DNA of 63,247 nt, counting the filler, from Choristocarpus tenellus KU-1152 (Eukaryota > Protista > Phaeophyceae): the NCBI GenBank assembly GCA_964200185.2. It is 11 parts of 11 records of this genome, joined end to end, with 100 filler letters (N's around TTAATTAATTAA, not from the genome) between each part and the next. Parts side by side here need not be neighbours in the genome. Positions count along the whole stretch, not along the records: positions 11,466 to 15,864 come from CAXNAD020014729.1; positions 15,965 to 22,918 come from CAXNAD020006978.1; positions 23,019 to 30,608 come from CAXNAD020005914.1; 8 more parts are not named here. One strand, 5' to 3'. The stretch's first letter is position 1, and each line of letters begins with the position of its first letter. The notes under the pieces are model-generated. The model was not told where the DNA came from. It did no database searches and was given only the letters and a program-made list of their open reading frames with translations. Below, one piece after another: positions 13,412 through 26,500 of the stretch. A program made the position numbers and the translations under genes.

Positions 13412-15560
13412 TCAAATGTCAATCTCGTGCTGCCAAAATGTCCTCTCAAGACAGTGGCTCCCATGTCCTCTCAATCTCACTAAACTCAACCAATCCACCA
13501 AAAGCTGGTATTCATACCCTTCTACCCTGTGCACTGCCAGAATATTAGACATTTTAAACTCTCCCTGGTTTTGCATGTACTGGAATGTTTGCTTCACCTC
13601 TGTGGTCATGTTCAGCTCCTTGTCTGCATAGAACCGCAACCTCGACACATGTTGCACGTCACCAGAAATGATATTCTGCACCTTATAAACATGTGGTTGT
13701 TCGATGGCCAACACATGCCATGGCCTAATGCAAAAGACATTGAGCAGTGGCCTTGGACAGATCTGTGACACGCTGGGACGAGGGAAAGATATAGGCGAGA
13801 TTGTGATGGTTACAATAGATGTGGGCCCCCTGCTAGAGCACCCACTCCAGGCGCCGGTAAGTCCCTATGATGGTGAACGCCTCATTATCCACCGTGGCCC
13901 ACCGTAGCTGTAACCCTCGGAAAGAACCACTCAGGAATCCCAGCGGCTCATGGCTCATGTCTTCCACTGACACACCACAATTCAGCTCCTCCTGAGGGAC
14001 CTGTACTACAAGACACCCCTATTGCTTGTTGGAGGCATCTGGAAACATCAGCACAACACACTCCTCCCTAGGGTGTGAGAGCTCCACCGCATGTGAGACC
14101 ATTTTTTGCGCAGTTGCCTGGGCCACCGTCTGCTCCAGGGGCCAATCCTACCCATGTATGAGGAGGGTGCAGGCCACCCGTTTGGTATGGCGTTTCACAC
14201 CTGCCAGACACCTTTCCAGCAACTCCCGCAGGGGCTCTATCGTCTCAGACATACGAGGTAGATATATCTTCAGCCAGTTGACAGCCTGCAAGAACTACAT
14301 CAGCTCCCCCGCTGTCTCAGGCCTGCAAAGGTCAACTGGCCCCTGCAGACAAACAGGGTCATGCTGGGCGGTCCGTCCTGTGTAGATCTTCCCACACCAC
14401 TTGATCTCAGTGGTCATAGCCTCGGTTTTGGGCATGGGGAAGGGACACACCTCTGTGCGACTGTTCACTGCACTGAAATCTGTCACCAGCCGGTAGCCCC
14501 ACCCCTCAGGCTTGGGCAAAGACAATGATGGGGTGCTCCATACAGCCTGTGGGGTCCACCTCAGAATCCCCAGTACGACCAGCAGGCCCATAAGTCCTGC
14601 CATCCAGCTTTGTTGCCGAATGGTACATCCTGGGTCTGGACTTCACAGGAGTTGCCCCTTCCTTCGGCACCACCCGCATGGGCTTCACCTTACCAGGCAG
14701 ATCACACCCCAAGGATACACGGAACACATTGGTCCGGTTTGCTATTGGTTGTTGGAGGCTCCCCCAAGGGCATCCCAGCCCTTTGTGCCTCTTATAAGGA
14801 GGTTCCAAGCCCAAGGCCTGTTTTTTTCTTCTGCAGGGTTCATCATGAGCTCTCAGGGCCTTGCTCCAGCACTGTAGAGACAGAGTCACCGCCTCTGTCC
14901 AGATGAGCAATCCCCATGCTCTCCTGCATTACGCCCATGCTAACACTCATACGCTGCGTAGAAGTAGTATCTTGTGCCAGACCTGCAATGTGTAGTTCTG
15001 TCTTCCTTCGGGCCCCCTCCTCGAAGGATTGCTTCCTGTCAAAGCCTAACACGTCCTGCAATGTCTCTGCTGCCCACAATGAACACATCATCATCGCCTG
15101 GTATAACTGCCACGACAAGATTTCTCATCACCACGAGGCCGTGTCCTAAGTGGAGTTCACATTTAAGGGACATGTCACATTCCCAATGGTCTCAGAGAAG
15201 CCATTTGCGATCTTCACCGGGAAAGGCTGGTGGAGGAGTTTCGCCAGTGCTGCTCCACCAAAATTCTGCCGCATTTTATTACCAGGCTCTCAGATATGCC
15301 TGTGAGCCCTGACCCTGGGTCCATCAGGGCTTCCATTTTGAAATGCAACTTCCCGTGCATGTTGACCCCCACTGGTGTTGCATCTACTATACCATGATAG
15401 CTCAACCTTCCATGTCCACCCCTTCCGTAGTCAGGGACACACCCTCATTATTGCCCTGCATTTTTCACATACCAGCATGACCTGCATAAGGATAAATGTA
15501 GGTATCCGGGCTTGGCAGCAGCAGAGGCATGCCATGATCAGGAACCATCTTTTTGACCCT
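13412..15560 (-). mobile_element. Degenerate Ty3/Gypsy (chromovirus-like) retrotransposon internal region
   Basis: Protease-like ALMDPGSGLTGISE; RT N-terminus (VKPMRVVPKEGATPVKSRPRMY; PKPEGWGYRLVTDFSAVN..CPFPMP) joined directly to EIKWCGKIY, so the YxDD core is deleted; linker RPETAGELM; RNase H start LMFPDAS; integrase tail HVSRLRFY; chromodomain-like FKMSNILAVHR...YQLLVDWL. Stops and frameshifts throughout. Confidence 0.85.
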
Positions 15561-15795
15561 CACTGCCCTGCCACTCGTGCTCCCACCACCAGTACCTTGC
15601 CAGAACTCGATTGCAGGCTGGGGAGCTAGCCCCTGCTAACTCCTTGTTCCTTGAGCTGCACCCAGACGGCTTGTTCCTCCCCCTACACTTGAGGATTGCT
15701 GTCCAGCACCCCCTGGTTGTTGTCTCTGCCCTGGCCCAGATCCCCTCCCAGGCCTGTGCCCATACCACGTTGCTGTGACTGCCCCTACTGCTGAT

Positions 15796-15864
15796 GGGTC
15801 AAAGTTTCTGGGGGGGGGGGGTACCGGCGTCCGTTTTTGATCCTGCCTCAAAGTATCTAGGAGG
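15796..15864 (+). mobile_element. Two tandem G-tract TIR ends of the same family, at contig end
   Basis: GGGTCAAAGTTTCT-Gn-TACCGGCGTCCGTTTTTG followed by CTCAAAGTATCTAGGAGG. Confidence 0.6.
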
Positions 15865-15964
15865 NNNNNNNNNNNNNNNNNNNNNNNNNNNNNNNNNNNN
15901 NNNNNNNNTTAATTAATTAANNNNNNNNNNNNNNNNNNNNNNNNNNNNNNNNNNNNNNNNNNNN

Positions 15965-16027
15965 GTGTGAAGTGTGAAGTATGAAGTGTGAAGTGTGAAG
16001 TGTGAAGTGTGAAGTATGAAGTATGAA
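15965..16027. repeat. 7-bp microsatellite (GTRTGAA)n
   Basis: About 9 tandem units visible. Confidence 0.9.
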
Positions 16028-16271
16028 GTTCATCAAGCCGAAAGGAAATATTCAAAGGTTTAAAAATATAGACATGTACACACAAACACCACAGATATGA
16101 TAATGATAATAAATAATAATAATAAGAGAAAAATCTAGCACACTGCACTCTTCAAAAAAAAAAAATGCACAGCTGAAACACACACCAAGATCAATTGTCC
16201 CCAATCCATCACAAGAGGTACGTACATACAAGCATATATATATATATATGTATGTATAAATAAATGCTCAC

Positions 16272-19200
16272 CTGTGAGTCTTTGAAACCCCATGTGACGC
16301 AGGCTGCCCCTTAAACCCCCAACGCTTCATGACCCCCTGAGGACAGCAAAAGAACAGAGACAAGCATTGAGCGAGCACTAACAACCTATCAGCAACATCA
16401 CATCAAAACGATCTGTCATGGGCTAGCAACATCACACTGCTTTGAAGCCAAACAAGAAGTGGATCAAGACAAGGAATCAAAAGAAATTATTGAATATTCG
16501 AATGACCTTCTCGGAGGTATAACACTGATCAATGCATGATACACAAGTCTGACTCATGGAGTGGAGAGTTGAATTCACACCTAATATGTAACAAGGCAAT
16601 CCAAAAACTGTAATCTATTCCTTCAACTGAGTGCCCCCATCAAGAGCTACCATGATGATATCATGCTCGCATTTTTAGGACAGAGATATCATATATCAAG
16701 CCCTAATGAAAGAGTTGCATAGAGATACAGACAGACATGTATTGGACATGGTACATGCTACAAGCCTTCCTCGCCATTGTGTTGAAAAATATCTCACAAA
16801 GTATCAGGAATTCTAGATCATCTTAGCAGCACCAACAAGATCTTTCCAGGTCTGTTCTTCAGAACAAAAAAGCTGATTAGAAAAGACAAGACATTCTGGG
16901 TCATTATAGTCCCAAATCCTCACGAAATGAAATCACACCAATTGGAAATGACCTGAGCATTACAACAATATTTTGGTCAATGCGTATATAATAACATCAC
17001 CTACTTCACCTACTTCAAGGAATGAATCAATCAACACATGGACAGTAATTGACAAAACAGTATCGCATCTACCATAGCTACAAGGATGCATAGATTGAAC
17101 AATATTGCGTCACATGGAGCCTGTCTCGCAAGCTTACATGCGCCACTTGGGTGCCTACAGATCACTGCAGAACTTTGAACCTCTCTTCCTCGAAAAAAAA
17201 AAAAACTCCGAAAAAAAAAAAGCGATGAAAAAAAAGTGATGCCTTGAAGACTTTCTAAGAGCAGTCTTAAGAAGCAGGAGATTGGTGGTCTACTTATATT
17301 CTAACAAGTACTGACGTAGAACCTAACAAAACAACCTCCCGACAATTTCAACAGGGTCACTTCTTCCCTCTTTTTTTTCTGTTGATTCTTTTTTTCAAAC
17401 TTAAAAAAATAAAAATAAACGGTAGGTGCATCTGGAGAGTTTGATCCAAATTCCATAATGGACCAGAAAAATAATACCCAACAGTGGGGGGGTACACAGG
17501 ACAAAAAACAGTCTGTTTTTTGAAGGTTCATAAAATTCTGTAAAAAAGCTATCAAAAAACTCAGATGTTTTTATCGATGAGTCGTCCTCTGTCCACCTGA
17601 GCCAGAGACACCTCAAACAACCCTGCAGTCAACATGTTGTAGTATAATAAAAATAATAACACCAAATCTCTAGGTACAATTCGCAAAATGCAAAGCGGTT
17701 ATCATTATTGCATTAGAAACGCCTTCAGTATGTCATCCCCACATCGACGCAGAAAACAGCTCCAGAAAAAAAAAGAAGACAAAAGTCAAACCTAGATTAC
17801 ACCACGCACACCTGGAACCCCTTGCCCTTGCTGACGCCACACACATCCACTTTTTGGCCAGGAAGGAAGTGGAGGGCCCTGATTCGGAACCCCACCGGAA
17901 GGAGTGCATCTTCAGTCACACGAAACTCTGCCACCTAATCATTAAAAAAAAAAAGAAGATAATTTACAAGAAAATTACTTCGAAGCTGGTTTCGGAAGGG
18001 TTTGATGTGAATGCGAGTGAATTGCTAGAGGTAAGGGTTGGGGGGAGGGGGGGGGGGACAGTTTCAAAGCGTAGGTTTACAGTTGTGATTTTGGAACAGG
18101 AAAGTCAGTGCTCTATTAATGCCGCGAAGTACTTTAGGTTGTTGGAACAGATTGGCCTCCCCCGCAATAGACAGATCTCGTATTCATTATTTCAGAGAGC
18201 ACATTGTTCAAATGCACTCTAAATTGGAGAACACTAAGTCGTACACCCGGCATATCCATCTCTTATCAACCATCACCTTCACATCGTATCAATCACAGTT
18301 ACAATTACAGTTACAATCACAGTTACTACAGGAACTACTTCTGCTATGCAACAGCCAACCGCATCAACATAAGCTTGTATGGACTTCACGTGCATGGCTA
18401 ACTGATTGGTCGCAGCAGAGATATACAGTTCTTCGCATGTAACAGTTAGGAAAGAGCTTTGTTGCTTCCATACACAAAAAATATCCAGGGGGGCATCACC
18501 TTTCGCTTTGGCTTAACCCCTGCTTTCTTGAAGTGCTCTTTGAGGGGCTTGGTGACATTCTTGGGCTTGCTCTCTCCCACTCCTAACTGGAGGGCAACAT
18601 AACCATCGGTCTCTTTCTTCTTTACCTGCAAACAAACCCACATCAACAGGTACAAAACGTATCCAGAATAGACGGCAGTTACAAGGCAACTACAAGGTGG
18701 ATAGAACACAACACATTCAAGCCAAGTCACAAGGCCCTGCGGGTAAAAGCTGGGGTGTCTCATTGGGAGCAAACACTGGAACTATACAGCGAGTAGTGCT
18801 TTTGCCATGGCCGTTACAACACAATCAAATGACAGTTACATCAAATGACAGTTACAATCCACTTGAAATACGAGTCAGCAGACATGATGGATAGGACAGT
18901 GTGTATTGTAGAGAGCAGAAATGAGAACAGTTCAACAAGGACTAAACAATAAAAAAATACATAACAAAATGTTGAAAATAAAAATCCGACCACTCCTCTG
19001 CAGGCACCACTCTTCTATTTCAAACCCTGGCACCAAAAGGAACACCAATATGACCACACAGGCCAACACAAAAGAAAAAAAAAGGACTGCAGATGTACCG
19101 ATATAATATGGAAACCATCCAACACAATACCCAGGAACATGCGCAGAAATAGAGGTACATACGACCCTTGTTGTGGAATCCCACAACTAAACTACACTGA

Positions 19201-22200
19201 AGGCCTGAGCAAAACGGCAGAATAGGTAGACCAGCTAACCAAGTGCTACCCTTCCAAGATTCCAACAAAAAGAATAATCAAAAAGACTAAATATTACCCT
19301 CCACAAGACTGACCATATAGTAAATACTTGGTCCTGGGTCTGAAGACAGACACTTGCTGGAGAGAGACCCAGAGGTCTAGCAAAGGCTATCAATCAGTTC
19401 ATGATACATGTTGGCAGTCAACACACCAATTGTGTCTTGTACACCCTCTCCTCCTAGCTCATATATAGCAACACATAATACTGCGTGGATTAAGATGCCA
19501 CAGGCCCTTCAATAACAATGTTTGGAGTCTCGACATATTTTCATACAAAGAGGAAAAACTTCAATGCAATTAGTGTAAGCGAGCTTGGACTGCTTGCTGA
19601 TCACTATATTCCAAACACAAAAACGGTTTCACCCACACTTCTGCATATATGTACACTCCTTGCTGAGCTTTTCAAGCCAAAACTTCTCATGTGTGAGGGG
19701 TTTGAAACGGGATGGATATCAGACCCCCCTCCATCTGAGTCTAGGGTAGAGAAAGAGGAACTATTAGACTTGAAATACGTAACAGAAAACATGGTCATAA
19801 AACCTTTGATGAAAAGAGCAAGTGCAAGAACAAGAGAGGTGTGATTGTCATCCTTTTTGAAAAAATTAGGCATTAGACATGAATTCGGGGAAGAAAAGAC
19901 TAACTTTCTGAACTTGTTCAACCAAATCAATCAAGGCGTACTCCGCCTTGCCAAATGCATTTCATTGGTGGAATGTGAGCAAAATGCATTGTGTGCAAAA
20001 ACTGCACCAAGACCAAGCCTCAGAACTGCCTCAATTTTGACAATGGAACTCCTTATCTTAGTATACCTCTTGCCAGACAGATTGGGGGGGGGGGGGGGCG
20101 GCATTGAGAGCTAGAATATATCGGACAACTTCCTCATCCTAGCTATATGAAAACATGGCAGCACCAATACAGACGAGCTTGGTTCAATCGCCTCATCAGG
20201 ATATACCTCAGACAGAGGTGGTGAAGCACAAAAGGGTACTGGACTTATGGGGGGGTGCTGGGAGTGGCACAGGACTAACAATGTCGAGTATGTTGTAATA
20301 ACCGCTTCGGGTATAATACTTTAATGAATTTGAAGCATTAGAAAGTGTCACCCAGGCAGAACATGATGCAATACGATGGATGTCCAACACAAAAAAAGGA
20401 GAGGGCTTCAAATCACACACCCCACCACGCCCTCTTCCTCAAGCAAAGGAAGTGTAAAATGGAAAGGCCATACAAAAATCTTCACCTTTGGCAGGGACCC
20501 TCACCAAGCAAAAATCTCCTGGATCAAGCGCACTACATGCCCACAATTCATTGGCCAAACAGCAAGCAGCTAGACCACTGCCTGCTACATTTCGATGGTA
20601 TCAAAGACTCCCCACCCACTACACCATCACTTCATGCTAAAGGATAAACATCAAGGTAATAGAGAAAGTCTACCTTCAACTTGACATTTGTGGACAACTA
20701 ATTCAATCCAGACTAGAAATCAATAAGCAGTAGGTCCATTAGAATCATAACTCACATACACAGACAATCCAGTACTCAAGTAAAAATACAATAGACAAGC
20801 TCCAGTCATCATGGATTGGGAGCGTGCTCAATCTCTAATCTCACATCCCCTCCCCCCCTCAAACCATTTGAACTGGTCTCCCCTCGTCCCCAAATATCCA
20901 TCTCAACTCACCTTCATACCCCCCACATCTCCCATCCCTATAAATAGTGTTCCCCATACCAATAATTGGAAATCCTGATCCTAAAAAAATTGGTATGCAC
21001 ACATAAGCCCATAGCATATATACACGGACCTGTGTAACCTCACACTCATCCAGCTGCAGAACAGTCACAGCATGTCTCATGCCCCACGAATCAAAGAGAC
21101 CCATAGAGCCCACCTTTTCAAAGAGCACATTGGTGAGGGGCCATAGGGGGGGAAGGGGGCAGCAGTGTAGTAGTAGATAGAGATGCCAGTTGAACATAAC
21201 TGACAAAAGGAGTGATATTGCTAGGGACCAGGCTGGGAGAGAGGCTGAGGATGGGATCACAGGGATCAGACAGATTGGATGAGGATTGACTTGTGTCTGA
21301 ATTTAGTGGTGGTGACAGAATGCCTTGTTACGTGTGGCATTTCAAACATCAGGAGCAAGGAGACCAGCATCATCCTGAGATCAGGAGAGGATACCAGCGA
21401 GACAAAAACATGCGCACTACGGTGGACGTTACATAGTAACCACGACATAGGATAAGGTGGGGTGGGAGGACGACCGAATCACTTACTGCAATGCGCGATG
21501 TTGAAGCAGCAGAACTGAACAATTGCGGTTGAGCAAGGGGGGAAAGTATAGAATAAGGAGTGAGGTACCCCAGGATCGATCCCGAACAAATGGCAACAGG
21601 AAAAAGAAGTTAAGGCTGTAGGTTAGCAAACACTACCTGCAAGGGAGAGAGTATTGTACTCCAGCCACCTTCTGTTGAAGATGCTATATATATATATATA
21701 TAAATGATCTCTTTCGCTGGAAAGGTCGTGGATCTAGAGGCACAGGATCTCGATGATATTGAAACAAGAGCAGAGATTATCCTCCTGCTAGCGTCTAGAG
21801 GCACTTGACCAGTTTTGGTATCCGCAACTGTAAGATTCTCACTCTCCAAGTGAGTCTTGCCACACAGCACAACAATTTGGGGCTCTTCCCACATTTTCTG
21901 AATGCTCCAGACTATCTGTTTATCTAGTGCCTAGTAGACTCGATCACCTTCATCGCCAGAGCTCCCGAACGCTTCGACTTCTGTTGCTTATCTTCTGATT
22001 CGACCACATCCTGGCCCATCACATCGCCATCATCAAAGGCCTCCTCGAACCGGAAAATGGCTGCATCTGCTGAGAGCTGTCGTTGTGCTTGTACTAAAAA
22101 TATTCGACCATGCGGCACCATTGCAGACCTGATAAGGTCCAATTGGCAAGGAAAGAAAACGCGAGAGTGGTTTTTACGTAGAGAAGCGCTTTCAAATATT

Positions 22201-22537
22201 AGCAATGGCTTGAGAGGAAAGCACTAGCCTTTTTGCTCAGGGGCACGACCCTACCGCTAGTAGCTGTTGTGTCAAGCTGTTATCCGGAAATTTCTGTAAG
22301 AGACTCCAGGATTCAGTTCAGTACTAATCAAGGACAAACATGCACCAACACGAACCAGCATCCATGAATAACGTGGTGAGATATCACATCCCACAAGTTA
22401 CTGACAGGAAGAGACGCGGCGGGTTTACCTACTAAAGAATCTTTCCGTAGCCCTTGCCACAGAGGACGCCATTTAATCGCCGATTGGCTCTGCCCTGCCC
22501 CTCTAACACGCACCCTGAGCAGAACCCCAACTCGCAT
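16272..22537 (-). CDS. MRPL3: Mitochondrial large-subunit ribosomal protein L3 (uL3m), 3'-truncated by the linker
   Basis: Exons ~21948-22128 (KRSGALAMK), 21030-21113 ([28 protein letters not shown]), 18500-18625 ([18 protein letters not shown]), 17812-17934 ([12 protein letters not shown]...[13 protein letters not shown]) and 16272-16336 ([22 protein letters not shown]). The start is uncertain: ATG 22537 (Arg-rich presequence-like) or ATG 22121. Confidence 0.92.
19370..20114 (+). mobile_element. Degenerate CRE-like non-LTR retrotransposon RT fragment inside an MRPL3 intron (antisense to host)
   Basis: Decayed GV*Q..SS.YMLAV (QGxPL-like), [17 protein letters not shown] and [11 protein letters not shown] (LPxRxGGLGI-like) lie in a largely continuous frame with stops. 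Confidence 0.5.
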
Positions 22538-23523
22538 GGAGATGTACTTGGTTGTGAGTGGTATAATCAGAAAGAAGACATAACCGAACCGGTATATAAC
22601 CGAAACAATAATCGATGTGGTTCTGTGAAAAACACGATTTCGAGCTACACAACTTATTTGTAGTGTGTCATAGTATTATGAACCAGTACAAGTTTGAAGG
22701 ATTGCATCACATATTAAGATGCCTAAGCAAGCACACAATAGAGCGATTCCAGGATAAGTTATAACGACTTATTATCCATGTAGTGGGTAGTAGAGGATCT
22801 GGGGGGTTATTTTGTCGGAAGGTAGCAATGAAGGCATGTCTACTACATATTAACAGCCGATTTCAAAAATTGAGGATGGAGCTTTTCATTGAGGATGGGC
22901 TTGACCCAAAATTGACTGNNNNNNNNNNNNNNNNNNNNNNNNNNNNNNNNNNNNNNNNNNNNTTAATTAATTAANNNNNNNNNNNNNNNNNNNNNNNNNN
23001 NNNNNNNNNNNNNNNNNNCCCTTCCCAGCGCTCTCCCTAGACCGTGCCCACGGCAATGCTCTTCCTCCCCAGGAAGGGTCCCTTGCCGTGATCAATGGGA
23101 CAACAAAATTCAGGGTCTATCTTGTCAGGGGTGATATCTCTGTTTGTTCGTTCGGATCGTTGCTCCTCAGTCACCTAGCCGTCAGTCCACTCCCGAAATC
23201 CTAGCACCTGTTCCCCCTCTGTCAAATCCCTGGATCCCGGCCAACTGCTTTCCCACTTCCCACCCCTGCCCCTCAATGAACGAAATCAACAGTAGTGCTA
23301 GTTGTTGTTTGTTGACTTCCACTGACGGTCGGATGGACGGCGGAGTTGACTCCCCATCAATTCGAGTTTTTGATTTACTTGCTACTTTTATACTTGTGAG
23401 ACCGTTTGGGGACCCTTACTCAACAACACAACATTAATACAAACAATGAATAGATATTAGATACCAGATAGAGTCAATAATAATCACTCCGTAGTGTCTC
23501 AATTTCAATGTTTGATACCCCAG

Positions 23524-26500
23524 ATGGCTTTGTGGACCGTGGATTCCTCGTTTCCAGGGGATGTGTCAGTGGGAAGGCCTTAGAGTCCTTGCGGCTGGAA
23601 GCCGACCACTTGTTCCAGATCAAGCGAGGTCCCGATACCCTTACAGAGGGCGACTATCTTGACAAGGTACCGAGTACAGTGTGGGAATATTTCTTGCGAC
23701 CAATTTCGAAGGTCTGGCGCAGGGTTGGTGGGTGTCCTTGTCCAAGGATCATTTCTTTAGAGGATGCCTGCAGTTGAAAGCCATGGCTATCTACTGGACT
23801 CTGATCGAAACACTCGCTGACATGAACCATGGGTTAGGAATCTACTCCTTCAGGTTCCTCGGAAATGATTCTTCACAGAGACGTTTGACCTCCCTGGACC
23901 GAACTCTTTACTGTTCCCAAACGATCACGCCCCTTTACTGTGGAGATGATGTAAACATCCATTCAATCTGCAGTCATAGGATGATCAGTACTGCTGGGTT
24001 CACTTAGCTGCTGGGGTTGAACAAGTTCCTTTACCAGAGGCACCAATTCGCGCCTCCTATGTAAACTAAAGATAATCCCACTTTTCGCAGGGATGTGCTT
24101 TGGATTTCTTCACAGAGAGGCAGATACCTGAAACACACCCTGCCAGGGAGGTAGTCGAAGCGTACATGGCAATGAGGAACGACTGTGGCGACCTCATAGA
24201 CACCATTGAGTCCGAGAAGGTGTGAAAAGGACATAGTCAACGTGATGAGGTGGGCAGGTGCTCCATCGAAGGGTGTAACAGTTCTTCGTAAGTCTTCGGT
24301 CTCTGTGCCAAGTGAGCCCACCAACCGCCCAACTCATCTCCCCATGGCAGACTGTGGCAATGCGGACAGGAATAGTTCGGGATGTAATATTTGAAGCACT
24401 GGCTCGGCCCGCAGCTATTATGCTTCAAGCTGTGGCGGAAGCGACCACCTGTACACTCAACCCATCGCACACCTCGGGTGTTGGAGTTCACAAACCAGGA
24501 ACATTGATGGAGAACCCCGCCAGTACAGTAGAAGCCCCACGTGAAGAGCAGACTCTCTCTGCAGCAGGTGTCACGAGGGCAGGGGCTGATGAAAGTAACT
24601 ATGCTTTTAAAGGGGACAGTGGGGGCATTAGGTGTGCAACAGAGATTCCTTCCAAGCAACGAGAGTGCCAAGTACATCCAGGTGGCGGGGGATGGCCACG
24701 AGTTTGGTCAGCAAATGACTACTCAGCTGTACAGAAGACAAGAAATGGGAAAAACTGCCAGGAAGGAGAAGCATTGAAGGTGGCAAAAGGAGAAGTCCTG
24801 CTGTTCAATGAACAGTACGTGGTGAAACCCCCAAACAGTTCTATCGAATTCAGGTGGCACACGGTGAGGCTTTCTTTTGTGAAAAAGCTGTGGTTCAGAG
24901 AGAGACACCAGGTCTTTTGTTTCATTCAATATTATCACAAGCACCAGACTCTTAAAAGTATCAATTGGTTGTTTTTGTTCGGGAGGTATGGAGCAGGTGA
25001 GAGCTAAGAATTAGAAAGAACTGAACGTCTTAGCTAAGCTAAACTAAGCCCTTCAGTTCCACAGGTTGTGCATACTGTACAGTACTAAAACAGTAAATGG
25101 CATGCAATCTGTCTCAAGGGTTGGTGATTTTATTCAGAGATTACGCAAGTATGCTCCTTGAAACCATACTTCTTGACTTTTGTGCAGGGTACCTCACATA
25201 TCCCAAGGTATCATTTCAGAAGTTTGGCCTGGCAGCAGGGATCCTCACTCACTCATCCTAAGACCCAATCAGAGATCATTGTGAACTCTTGTGTATTGTA
25301 CCCACCATAATCTACATGTCTCACATAGAACAGCTGAGAATTGTGTTATATAGCAGGACCAGCAAAAGCAATTGAGATTGGGAGGGACAACTGATGCCCA
25401 TCGGTTGGGGGTAAGGGGAAGAACTGATGCAGCACCACAGCGGACTACACTTGTACCAACAACAGTTTTTTTTTCATTTTATTTGTCTTGTCCGTGAACA
25501 CCTGTATTGTGTTGTATTTATGTTATTATTGCAGCACTCACAACTGCCATGCTAATTCCTCTCTGTGGACACCCGTTCTAGTCTGTTTTTTTTCTGTCCT
25601 TTTTACTGCGCTTTAATTTACTTTGAGCACTTTGCATGTACACTCAAGCATGAACAGAGGGCAGTAAACATGACTTGATACAAGCTCCCTCGCTTTTGAT
25701 GGGCAACAGGATGAGCGAGAGCAGCTGGCAATGTGCATTTTTCCTCCAGGAAAGGACCCACCTGTGTATGTGAGCGTTTGGCTGGCTTTGGATGACTGCA
25801 ACAGGGACAATGGGTGCTTGGAGGTAATATGATCCCAATGGACTGATACTGTTGTTGCTGTTTATATATATATATATATATATATATTTCTCTAAGAAGG
25901 AGTCAATTGATCCATTAGAATTTGAATGCCAGCTTAATTCTACCTAAAACAGCTTTTTTTATTGATGTGTCTCACTCTCTGTTTCCTCATATGTATTGTT
26001 ATGTCTGCTGGTAATTTGCAGGTTTGTTCAGGATACCCTTTTTGTTTTCACTGATACTATGGGTGGGTGGGAGACACAGGCTGCACCCAAGAGTGTAAAT
26101 GCATGTGCTAGGGTTAGGGTTAGTTTGCTATTTCTGTACACTGTTGTGCTATCTGTTTTGAATGGAAAGACTATGGTAGGGTGTGGGCATGCTGGTGAAT
26201 CAAGAAGGTGTGATTTTGGGCAAAGCTGGAAGCATGAGTCACTTTTCAATGTACAATGTTCTGGTGGGAAAGACTCCCACTGTTGTGGGATTCTTTTCTA
26301 ACTACCGGATTATGTTCCTGAAAGGATAGTAAAGAAAAACAGGACTATCATAGGAATGCTATTTAAGAGCCCTTACCTTACGATTCCACAGTATTGTGAA
26401 AAATATGTTGGTTGTGGGGAGACTAATTGAAATCTACTGCACAGAGATGTGGTGTCACCCCCCCAAAACATGTCTTCGAATATATATGATAGCGGCTATG

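Noticed and set aside
15214-15405. DPG motif as TnpB/Fanzor RuvC-I
   Set aside because: Context ALMDPGSGLTGISE upstream of RT fits a retroviral-type aspartic protease; no RuvC-II/III or zinc ribbon seen.
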